From contig JAPKYK010000002.1 in NCBI GenBank assembly GCA_026394395.1, forward strand, positions 183,653 to 247,652: a stretch of 64,000 nucleotides of DNA, written 5' to 3'. Below are positions 45,298-53,704 of this stretch, in pieces. The notes below the pieces were generated by a model. It was not told the origin of the DNA and searched no databases. It worked only from the letters and a program-made list of their open reading frames with translations. Position 1 is the stretch's first letter. Every line of letters starts with the position of its first letter. Source of the stretch: Methanomassiliicoccales archaeon. GTDB lineage: Archaea; Thermoplasmatota; Thermoplasmata; Methanomassiliicoccales; UBA472. The translations under genes and the position numbers were made by a program.

Positions 45298-47730
45298 ATG
45301 GGCAAGAGGATCCGCCTTTCCATGGTCGGCCGGGAGGGGGAGTTCGAGAAGTTCCAATCCCAGTTGGCCCAGGTCATTTCCGGTCGAGGCTCGACCATAT
45401 TCATCTACGGTGAGGCCGGCATCGGAAAGACCAGGCTAGTCGAGGAACTGGGTAAGTTCTGCGACATCACCGGATCCAAGATGCTGATCGGACACTGCCT
45501 GCCAGGAGCTCCCACACCATACCTTCCGTTCATGGAGGCCATGAGGGGCGAGGGGTTGAAAGGCGCGGACCGCTGCCGGGACCTGTGCGGCTCGCCGCCG
45601 GACAAGATAATGTTCGAACTACTGGACTGGTTGCGTTCCTTATCCGGGGCGTCCCCCTTAGTCCTGGTCCTGGAAGACCTTCATTGGGCCGACACCAGCA
45701 CGGTACAGCTGATGCACTTCCTAACCCGCAACATCGGGGACCTGAAGGTCCTGATGGTCGGCACGTTCCGGCCGGAGGAGATCGGCCCGGAAGGGGAATC
45801 TCCACATCCTCTGGCCGAAGCCCTTAGGGTCATACGGAGGGAGGGGGCCTGCCGCGAGATTGACCTAAAGCAGCTGCGGGAAGGGGATGTGGAGCAGCTC
45901 ATCAACCTGATGCTCTCCGGCCGCTGTCATCACAGCTTCGTGGACCTGGTGACCAAGGAGACCGGGGGGAACCCCCTCTTCGTCATCGAGGCTATCAACC
46001 TGCTCCTGCAGACCAAGGACCTGGAGAAGCAGGAAGGGTTCTGGAACGTGAAGGGTAGGACCGCCCTGGACGTCCCACCCACGGTCAGGGAGGTGGTCCT
46101 ACGGCGGGTCGAACGCCTGTCCAAGCCGCGCAAGCGCCTTCTGGAATGCGCCTCCGTGGTCGGCATGAACTTCGACATCGACACGCTGTCGGACATACTC
46201 GGTAACAACCGCCTGGAGGTCATCGAAGCGCTGGAGGAGCTGGAGAACCCTCATTCATTAGTATACTCGGTCCAGCAAGAGGACTTCGCCTTCAGCCACG
46301 AGGCGGTGATGCGGGCGGTCTACGAGAACATCAGCGAGATCAAGCGCAAGGAGCTGCACCACATGATCGCCCGGCGGCTGGAAGCCCGACCGCTGGGTCT
46401 GCAGGAGCGCTGCGCCCTGGCCTATCACCTAGACCGGGCGGGGGATGCCGATAAGGCCTATCCCCACCATCTCATCGCCGGGGAGGGCTGGCTCAGGTGT
46501 ATGGGCATATACGAGGCCGCCCCCCACTTCAAGATCGTGCTGGACCATACCAAGGAGCATCACGAACGCCTCACCGACCGGTTGAGAGCGCTCGAGGGCA
46601 TGGCCGACTGCTATTACAACGAGGGTGACTACCAGTCCGCCGACGACTTGCTAAAGGAGTTCATCGCCCTTTCCGGAAAGGACGCCATCTGCGCCCGCAT
46701 ACTGCGCAAGAGGGCGGAATGCTGGGGCCCGGCCCGCCTGGGCAAAGGGTCATCGGACACCTTCCTGCAGCTCCTGGACCAGGCGGAGGGCTGCCCCCTC
46801 ATCAATGATTTCGAACGTGGAGAGATCGCCTCGGACAGGGCCCTGCATTTCCTGTGGCAGGGGGACTACTTCTCCGCCAACCAGCACAGCCGGCTGTCCG
46901 AGGAATGGTTCGATAAGAGCGGTGATAAGGAACGCTACATGAGCCAGCTGCTGCAGCACATCTTCATCTACCTGTCCCTCGGGGACATGTCCCACGCCCA
47001 CGGCAACATCGACAGGGCCAACGAGGTGCAGAGGACGGTGGGCGGGAGAGTGGGGGAAGCGGAGATCAACTGTACGCTGGCGGAGATACTCCTGCAGGAG
47101 GGCAAGTACCGGGAGGCGCTGCAGGCCTTCGGCCGGGGCCGGGATATGACCGCGCAGTTAGGGGATCACATCGCCATGTGCTGGTGTCAGATCTACACGG
47201 CTCTGGCGCACCGCCTGCTGAGCGAACAGGAGGCGGCGGAGAAGGCGGCGGACCTGGCGGTGCAATACACGGAGGAGGTGGAGATTCCATACACAGTGGC
47301 CATGGCCCTGGGGGTGAGGGCCCTGGTCAAAATAGGGTTTAAAGCATTGGACGAAGCCAGGAAGGACCTGGAGAAGGCCGAGGGACTGATGCAGGGCATG
47401 AAGCCCGGGGTCAAGATGCAGGCCCCCGGGTTCGTGCGGGGGGTGAGGGCCCTGCTGACCGCCATGGACGGGAACGAGGCCGAGGATTATTTCGTCCAGT
47501 CCCTGAAGCTGTTGCAGGGGGCCATGACCAGTCTTCTGTGCGAAGCGCTGGTCCGCACCTGGTACGGGGAGGCACTGGAAAAATGGGGCCGCAAGGGCGA
47601 ATCGATAGAGCAGTACGAACGGGCCAATGGCCTGTTCATACTCCTTGGCAACCAGTCAGAGGGGTCCAAGGTCTCCCGGTCCTTGCGGCTACTGACCGCA
47701 CCGGAAGGGGAGGTGGTCATTGCCAAGTGA
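45298..47730 (+). CDS. STAND-class P-loop NTPase (AAA_16-like) with a long C-terminal TPR/helical-repeat sensor region
   Basis: 810 aa. Walker A FIYGEAGIGKTRL and Walker B LVLVLEDLHWAD are followed by a GGNPLF motif typical of MalT/AfsR/LuxR-type STAND ATPases. About 400 aa of helical repeats follow. No HTH or enzymatic effector domain was seen. Confidence 0.8.
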   Translation: MGKRIRLSMVGREGEFEKFQSQLAQVISGRGSTIFIYGEAGIGKTRLVEELGKFCDITGSKMLIGHCLPGAPTPYLPFMEAMRGEGLKGADRCRDLCGSPPDKIMFELLDWLRSLSGASPLVLVLEDLHWADTSTVQLMHFLTRNIGDLKVLMVGTFRPEEIGPEGESPHPLAEALRVIRREGACREIDLKQLREGDVEQLINLMLSGRCHHSFVDLVTKETGGNPLFVIEAINLLLQTKDLEKQEGFWNVKGRTALDVPPTVREVVLRRVERLSKPRKRLLECASVVGMNFDIDTLSDILGNNRLEVIEALEELENPHSLVYSVQQEDFAFSHEAVMRAVYENISEIKRKELHHMIARRLEARPLGLQERCALAYHLDRAGDADKAYPHHLIAGEGWLRCMGIYEAAPHFKIVLDHTKEHHERLTDRLRALEGMADCYYNEGDYQSADDLLKEFIALSGKDAICARILRKRAECWGPARLGKGSSDTFLQLLDQAEGCPLINDFERGEIASDRALHFLWQGDYFSANQHSRLSEEWFDKSGDKERYMSQLLQHIFIYLSLGDMSHAHGNIDRANEVQRTVGGRVGEAEINCTLAEILLQEGKYREALQAFGRGRDMTAQLGDHIAMCWCQIYTALAHRLLSEQEAAEKAADLAVQYTEEVEIPYTVAMALGVRALVKIGFKALDEARKDLEKAEGLMQGMKPGVKMQAPGFVRGVRALLTAMDGNEAEDYFVQSLKLLQGAMTSLLCEALVRTWYGEALEKWGRKGESIEQYERANGLFILLGNQSEGSKVSRSLRLLTAPEGEVVIAK

Positions 47731-47772
47731 CAAGCTTTATTGCTTAAAAATAGCTAGTTTTTCCAATCGCTC

Positions 47773-48462
47773 GTGGGGGGTACGGTAATGGACGAGAGGT
47801 CAGAACAGATCACGTTGAAGGTCCTGCGCACGTTGCGCGAGGTCTATCCGGCCAAGGTGGACGAGATCGTGCTGGTGGCTGCGGTGCAGAAGGATGTCTC
47901 CGGGGCCAGCGTGGAGATGATCTCCGGCATACTGGATGACGCGGTGGACCGCGGGTACATCGAATCGATCATGGCCGAGGGCGTGGCCGGTGAGGGCCGC
48001 TGGTTCAAGATAACCGCCCGCGGGATCGAACGCTTGCAGGAGCTGGAGATGCGCACCATGCCCGCGGACGTGCAGACCATCATGGAGCTGGAGCGCCGGA
48101 TGGTCGGTACCTATGAAAGAGTGCACGAGGACCTCGAGCGCATGCGCGGGGAGGTGGAGGAGCGGGTCACCACCCTGAGCAAGGAGATGGAGGACATGGA
48201 GGGGAAGATACAGGACCACGACCAGGTCATCAAGACCTATTTTGTGCGGGTCATCGAGACCTTTGGGGTCTTCGTGGGCATATTCGCCGTGGTGGTCGTC
48301 TCCGTCCTCAACCGCTACGACGAGGCCGCGGCCAACATCGTGGACAACCCCGTCTCCGCCCTGATATTGGTGCTGGGGACCCCGTTGGCCGTGCTCTTCG
48401 TGGTGCTGGTGATGCTCTATGGCATCAAGAGGTTCGTCCTGCAGCCGGTTAAAAAAAGTTGA
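47773..48462 (+). CDS. Winged-helix-like N-terminal domain + coiled coil + two C-terminal TM helices (membrane-tethered putative DNA-binding protein)
   Basis: 229 aa. ITLKVLRTLREVYPAKVDEIV...GRWFKITARGIERLQEL is wHTH-like. An E/R/M-rich heptad segment follows, then FGVFVGIFAVVVVSVL and ALILVLGTPLAVLFVVLVMLYGI. The start may be ATG 47788. Confidence 0.6.
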   Translation: MGGTVMDERSEQITLKVLRTLREVYPAKVDEIVLVAAVQKDVSGASVEMISGILDDAVDRGYIESIMAEGVAGEGRWFKITARGIERLQELEMRTMPADVQTIMELERRMVGTYERVHEDLERMRGEVEERVTTLSKEMEDMEGKIQDHDQVIKTYFVRVIETFGVFVGIFAVVVVSVLNRYDEAAANIVDNPVSALILVLGTPLAVLFVVLVMLYGIKRFVLQPVKKS

Positions 48463-48471
48463 GAGCGCCCA

Positions 48472-49314
48472 TCACATTCCCACCCGGGGGTACAGGCGCC
48501 CCCCGATGATTATCAGGACCGCGGCCATGACGGTCAGCAGCCCCAGGTCCAGAAATATGCCGAACTCGCTTACGCCGCCGACGACCATCGAGCCCCGCAG
48601 GGCGTCCACCACGTAGGTGAGGGGGTTGCCATAGGATATCACTTGGAGCCATTCGGGCATCATGGAGATGGGGTAGATGGCGTTGCTGACGAAGAAGAGA
48701 GGCATGGTGATCATCTGGCCGATGCCCATGAACCGCTCCCTGGTCTTTACCAGGCAGGCGATGATCAGGGAAAGGGTGGCGAAGATGGCCGCCCCCAGAA
48801 GGACTATTACCACGACCAGCAGGACGTCGAGCGGGTTCAGGATCACGTGCACACCTAGAAGGACGGCCAGCACGAAGACGATGAACGCCTGCGATAGGCT
48901 GCGCAATCCCGCGGAGAGCGCTTTCCCGGCCACCAACGCCGTGCGGGGCGTGGGGCTCACCAAGAACTTCTGTATTATGCCTAGGTCCCTCTCCCACACT
49001 ATGGATATGCCGTAGAATATGGAGATGAAGAGCACGCTCTGGGCCAGGATGCCCGGGGTCATGAAGTCCAGATAGGGCATTTCGCCGGTGGGGATCGCTC
49101 TTACTTGGGCGAGCACCTGCCCGAAGACCACCAACCAAAGCACTGGCTGCACCACCCGGGTCAGGAGGTCGGCGGGATCGTGCCTCAGCTTGCGAGCCTC
49201 CAGCTCAGTTATGACCAATGATTTTTTGATGAAGGCCCGCAGGTACGCCAGTATTCCGCCGGACGCGGCACTACCCGAGGCGCCTGGCGGTCTGCCGCTC
49301 GCGTTGGATGTCAC
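48472..49314 (-). CDS. ABC-2 type transporter permease
   Basis: 280 aa with six hydrophobic helices in an ABC-2/DrrB-like layout. The annotated start overlaps the upstream ATPase gene by 44 nt, so the true start is uncertain. Confidence 0.8.
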   Translation of the reverse strand: MTSNASGRPPGASGSAASGGILAYLRAFIKKSLVITELEARKLRHDPADLLTRVVQPVLWLVVFGQVLAQVRAIPTGEMPYLDFMTPGILAQSVLFISIFYGISIVWERDLGIIQKFLVSPTPRTALVAGKALSAGLRSLSQAFIVFVLAVLLGVHVILNPLDVLLVVVIVLLGAAIFATLSLIIACLVKTRERFMGIGQMITMPLFFVSNAIYPISMMPEWLQVISYGNPLTYVVDALRGSMVVGGVSEFGIFLDLGLLTVMAAVLIIIGGRLYPRVGM

Positions 49315-50062
49315 GATAGTTCCCTCCCGTTCCTATAGTGTTCCCGGTGAAATGGATGAAGGCGTCGTCTAGGTTGGCCGCACCCGCTTTTTCCTTCAGC
49401 TCCTTGGGGGTGCCTAGGGCGATCAGCTTGCCCTTATGCATGATGCCGATGCGATGACAGAGGGCGTCGGCCTCGTCCATGAGGTGGGTGGTCAGGAAAA
49501 TGGTGGTCCCGAACTCCCGCTGCAGGTCGCCGATCATCTCCCATACCGCCCTCCGGGCCACCGGGTCCAGGCCGATGGTCGGCTCGTCCAAGAACAGTAC
49601 GCGGGGACGATGCAGCGTGGACTGGGCTATCTCCAGCCGGCGGACCATTCCTCCGGAGTAGGTGCGGACCAGCTTGTCCCCGAACTCGCTCAGCCCCATG
49701 TAGTCCAAGGCCCGTCTCACCCTCTCTTCCAGCTCCTTTCCCGGCACCTCATAGAGCTTGCCGAATATCAACAGGTTCTCGTAACCGGTAAGGCTGGCAT
49801 CGGCAGAGAGCAGCTGGGGCACGTAACCGATGGTCCGGCGCACCGCCGACGGCTGCTTCACCACGTCCAGACCGTCCACCAAGGCCTTGCCGGAGCTGGG
49901 CGGCAAGAGGGTAGTGAGCATCTTGATGGTGGTGGTCTTACCGGCGCCGTTCGGACCTAGCAACCCGAACACCTCCCCATCTGCCACCGTGAGGTCCAAG
50001 GAGTCCACCGCGATGAACTTGCCGAAACGCCGGGACAGCCCTTCGGCCTGGACCGCTAGCAT
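49271..50062 (-). CDS. ABC transporter ATP-binding protein (DrrA/CcmA-like)
   Basis: Walker A GPNGAGKTTT, YSGGMVRRLEIA and Walker B LFLDEPTIGLD. The ATG at 50062 (MLAVQAEGLSRRF) is preferred; a GTG at 50083 is possible. Confidence 0.9.
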   Translation of the reverse strand: MLAVQAEGLSRRFGKFIAVDSLDLTVADGEVFGLLGPNGAGKTTTIKMLTTLLPPSSGKALVDGLDVVKQPSAVRRTIGYVPQLLSADASLTGYENLLIFGKLYEVPGKELEERVRRALDYMGLSEFGDKLVRTYSGGMVRRLEIAQSTLHRPRVLFLDEPTIGLDPVARRAVWEMIGDLQREFGTTIFLTTHLMDEADALCHRIGIMHKGKLIALGTPKELKEKAGAANLDDAFIHFTGNTIGTGGNYRDIQRERQTARRLG

Positions 50063-50137
50063 AGGGGAGCACTCCGTCCGCACTGAACATCCTTCTTTCT
50101 CATATCCATTCGTAGCGGCACCCCATGGGACGCCAGA

Positions 50138-50488
50138 TTATTTACCGGTTTGCCGGGGTTTGAAGAACCCGGCCCTTTCCATCGCTTGGCGAGCGACAGC
50201 ATTGCTCGGCCCGTCCCCCCTGGCCACGTTGACCGAGACCCCGTCCCCGGCCGCCTCGGCAATCCTGCCCACACCGTGATTGGTGAAGCCCGGACACAAC
50301 AGGAACGATTGCACGCCATCTCGAACCAGTTCCCGGCACAGCTCCACCGCCTGATCCTCGTCCCTCACCAGCACGGTGGTCAACTGGTAGAGCGAGGTCT
50401 CGACCACGGTCCTGTGCCGCGACGGCTCCGCGTCCGGGGTCATGGCCACCATGGCCACCATGGCCGCTCTGAACTTATCCTTAGTCAT
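50138..50488 (-). CDS. Small hypothetical alpha/beta protein
   Basis: Start ATG 50488 (MTKDKFRAAMVAMVAMTPD...), 116 aa. No family was recognised with confidence. Confidence 0.5.
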   Translation of the reverse strand: MTKDKFRAAMVAMVAMTPDAEPSRHRTVVETSLYQLTTVLVRDEDQAVELCRELVRDGVQSFLLCPGFTNHGVGRIAEAAGDGVSVNVARGDGPSNAVARQAMERAGFFKPRQTGK

Positions 50489-50639
50489 ACATGGAACATG
50501 GCATCGCCAGATTATTAATTGACGGGCAGTTTTAGTTATCACGGTCGATCGAATTCTAACCGCTCAATATCGAGAGAAGGTAATATAAGCCGTTCAAAAT
50601 CTATTTCATACGGTCCTTGGGAAGAGGACGAGGGGAAAG

Positions 50640-52100
50640 GTGATTTTTACGAAGGGTAAGATAATAGCCTTAGTTCTGGTGATATTAATGGGCCTGAGCC
50701 TGGTGTCATTGGCGCCCGGGGCTCAGGCGGATACCGTGGATTGGGTTCTGGAAGGGCAAATTCCCGGGGAGAGGTCGGCTTTCGTCTGGGCAGAGCTTCC
50801 GGATGGACGCATCTTCATGGGTCTGGGATTCAACTCCTCTTCGTATCAATATAGAAACGACAGCTGGATATTGGACCCCTTCGAGATGACCTGGACAAGA
50901 ATGGCCGATGCGCCCTATGGTATGGTATCGACCACCGCAGCTTACCTTGAAGGCAAGGTGTACGTCTTCGGAGGGTTCGACTCAATCGTCGGTCCCACCA
51001 CCAACGTGCTGATCTACGACGTGGATGCGAATGCATGGAGCACCGGTCCGGCCTTGCCCGCCACAAGTTCTCACATGAAATGTGTCGCGGTCGACGAACG
51101 GCACATCCTGGTCGTCGGTGGCGAATCATCGAGCTGGGTAAAGTGCTACCTGTTCGATGTGGAAACCCAGATATTTAACACGGCCGATGATCTCCCGGAC
51201 GGCAGGGCCGGCGGAACATTGGTCACGGTCGCCGACATTGCATACTATTTTGGTGGATGGACGTCTGGCTATGTCACATCGGATAGCATATTTGGTTATG
51301 ACGTGGTCAATGACAATTGGTGGACCGCGGACGAGCTCCCAGAACCCATGGCCGGCATGGCCGGGGTACTTGGGAGCGATGGGCTGATCTACCTTCTTGG
51401 AGGAGCTCTGAACCCAGCGTGGGGTGGGGCGAACACAGAACAAGCCATCGCCTGGGACCCCGTTGACAAACAGTTCATCGACCTGCCCGATCTGGCCGAA
51501 CCATTGAGATTTGCGGCGCCCTTCGAACTGGCTGATGGCCGGATAATGTACTTCGGTGGCCACAACGATGACCTGGGCAATCAGAACGTCTACTCCATTA
51601 AGGCCTGGAATATCGAGGCTACCTTGGACTCCGACACCGTGGGGCAAGGGGAGAGCGCCTGGCTGAGCCTAAACATTCACACCAACTTCGCCAAGGTCAA
51701 TGATTTGTATGGTACCGTTTACCTGATGGCCATGGGCGTGACCTTCGCCACTTACTACATCGAATCTCAGGGGGGCATGGTCAGCCTGGAGATACCTATA
51801 TCTCAGGAGACGCAACCGCTCGGCTACGTATTGGTGTTCTCCGATGTTGGTTCTAACTGGGTGCAGGATTTCACCATTGAACCGTTGGCCCTGACGGTCA
51901 CGGACACCCCGTCCATGCAGGACCGCTTGAACGATCTGCAAGAACAGAACCATGCCTTGCAGGATCAGTTGAACGAGACGCGGGACGAGCTGAAGGAAGC
52001 GACGGACGCCAAACTGGACGCTATGATTGGCTACATAATATTGATCATAGCCCTGGGCGCCCTAGTGGTTGGCGTCATAATCCTAGTACGTAAGAAGTGA
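50640..52100 (+). CDS. Secreted Kelch-repeat beta-propeller protein with coiled-coil stalk and C-terminal TM anchor
   Basis: 486 aa with an N-terminal signal-like helix. Repeated GK/GR.Y.FGG and W motifs are Kelch blades. The C-terminal region has MQDRLNDLQEQNHALQDQLNETRDELKEA followed by IGYIILIIALGALVVGVIILVRKK. Confidence 0.8.
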   Translation: MIFTKGKIIALVLVILMGLSLVSLAPGAQADTVDWVLEGQIPGERSAFVWAELPDGRIFMGLGFNSSSYQYRNDSWILDPFEMTWTRMADAPYGMVSTTAAYLEGKVYVFGGFDSIVGPTTNVLIYDVDANAWSTGPALPATSSHMKCVAVDERHILVVGGESSSWVKCYLFDVETQIFNTADDLPDGRAGGTLVTVADIAYYFGGWTSGYVTSDSIFGYDVVNDNWWTADELPEPMAGMAGVLGSDGLIYLLGGALNPAWGGANTEQAIAWDPVDKQFIDLPDLAEPLRFAAPFELADGRIMYFGGHNDDLGNQNVYSIKAWNIEATLDSDTVGQGESAWLSLNIHTNFAKVNDLYGTVYLMAMGVTFATYYIESQGGMVSLEIPISQETQPLGYVLVFSDVGSNWVQDFTIEPLALTVTDTPSMQDRLNDLQEQNHALQDQLNETRDELKEATDAKLDAMIGYIILIIALGALVVGVIILVRKK

Positions 52101-52123
52101 GCCTAAACCCCTTCCTTTCTTTT

Positions 52124-53695
52124 TTATCCGTTCAACCAGGACACGATCCCCTGGATGTCCTTGGTGCCCGTGGGAATGGATAGTACAGTCTGGCTACGCG
52201 GTAGGATGACCCCTTTCCGCCACTCCCCCTCTACCAAGAAGAGGACCTTGGCGTCGAACGTAGACAACCTCCCGGACAAAGACAGTAGCTCCCCTTCCCG
52301 GCCGCCGGTCAGGTCTACGATGAGTCGCGCGGCCTTCAGTTCCTGAACGGACCGCATCGAAGAGACGAAAAGGACGGACTCCTCGGGCGTCACCAGGTGC
52401 GGCAGGAAGCCGAAAAGCTCCTGGTTCATGAGGTACAGGTGCTCCTTGACCTGGTAGACAACCTCCACGGTGTCCTTCTCCCGGTTCATCGTGCCGTAGA
52501 TCACGGATTGGCCAGCCGCGGAGAGCGCCTCGGCTACGGTCGCCTCCGGCGGCTTGGAATGATAATCGCCGCAATCAGAGAAAATGACCAGGTGTTTGAA
52601 GTCCTCCTTCCGCCGCACCTGGCCCAGGCGGTCGATGACCTCCTGATTTTTCAACGGCCTCAGCTTCCTGCGCACCTTCCTTTTGAACAGCAGGCGAGAG
52701 CGTTTGTCCCCTTTCAGGTACTCGTCGCGGAACATGCGAAAGCCTCGGGAGAACCGGCGCTCCTTGCGCATGGCGTTGCCCTTGCCGCCCTTTCCCTCCA
52801 GCTCCCGAGCTTGATTGATAAGATACTCGAAGCCCTTCAAACGTACGGTGATCCGTTCCACCTCGGGCGAGCCGGGGTCCTTTTGCAAGAGCGCCTCGAC
52901 CTCCCGACGCATCTGGTTGTAGTACGCCAGGGTCAGGTCGTTGAACCGCCAGGGCTGCCCGTGCTTCTTCTCGTAGCGCTCGCGGTTGCGCTCGAAGAGC
53001 GCTTGATAGTCCTTCTCCACCAGCTTCTTGAAGGACAGGCTGCCCTTGTGATAGATGAAGCATCCTTCGTTGATCACCAGGCGGTAGCCGGCCTTCTTCA
53101 CCCTCAGGCAATAATCGTCGTCCTCGAACATGCCTATGCTGAACTCTTCGTCCAGCAGCCCGACCTTGTCCAGGACGTCGCGACGCATTGCCACGCAGTA
53201 GAAGCCCAGCTTCTCCGTGTCGAAGAGATGCCCCTTGTTCTTCGCCGTGTAACGCCCGGCCACCTCCACATAGTTCTCTTCGTTAAGGGATGGGAGCATG
53301 ATCATCTGCTCATTCCCAGCAGAGTTAGTGACAGGGCACATCAGGCCGATGGAGCGGTCCCTCTCCAACGGCGTCAGCAGCGCGTCCAGCCAGCCCGGTG
53401 TCATCAATGTGTCGTTGTTCAACAGGACGATGCGGTCGCCGGTGGCCGCGCGCAGACCGTCGTTGTTCCCGCCAGCGTAGCCTTTGTTGCTCTCGTTCAG
53501 GACCACCTTGACGTTGCCATGCTCCTTCTCCACCGTGCGCAGGTAATCAGACGTGCCGTCGGTGGAGGCGTTGTCCACCAGGACCAGCTCGATATCGTCA
53601 GCGTTCGTGAACTTGAAGATGCTCTCGACGCAGGGGACGGTGCCCTCCTTCAGCTGGTTGTAGGTAAGGACCACTACGCTCGCTCTCATGGCCAC
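52124..53695 (-). CDS. Family 2 glycosyltransferase with a ~220-aa C-terminal extension of unknown function
   Basis: 523 aa; ASVVVLTYNQ...LVLVDNASTDGT...NKGYAGGNNDG...LLNNDT is a GT2 (GT-A) signature. Confidence 0.88.
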   Translation of the reverse strand: MAMRASVVVLTYNQLKEGTVPCVESIFKFTNADDIELVLVDNASTDGTSDYLRTVEKEHGNVKVVLNESNKGYAGGNNDGLRAATGDRIVLLNNDTLMTPGWLDALLTPLERDRSIGLMCPVTNSAGNEQMIMLPSLNEENYVEVAGRYTAKNKGHLFDTEKLGFYCVAMRRDVLDKVGLLDEEFSIGMFEDDDYCLRVKKAGYRLVINEGCFIYHKGSLSFKKLVEKDYQALFERNRERYEKKHGQPWRFNDLTLAYYNQMRREVEALLQKDPGSPEVERITVRLKGFEYLINQARELEGKGGKGNAMRKERRFSRGFRMFRDEYLKGDKRSRLLFKRKVRRKLRPLKNQEVIDRLGQVRRKEDFKHLVIFSDCGDYHSKPPEATVAEALSAAGQSVIYGTMNREKDTVEVVYQVKEHLYLMNQELFGFLPHLVTPEESVLFVSSMRSVQELKAARLIVDLTGGREGELLSLSGRLSTFDAKVLFLVEGEWRKGVILPRSQTVLSIPTGTKDIQGIVSWLNG

Positions 53696-53704
53696 CCTTC
53701 CCCA

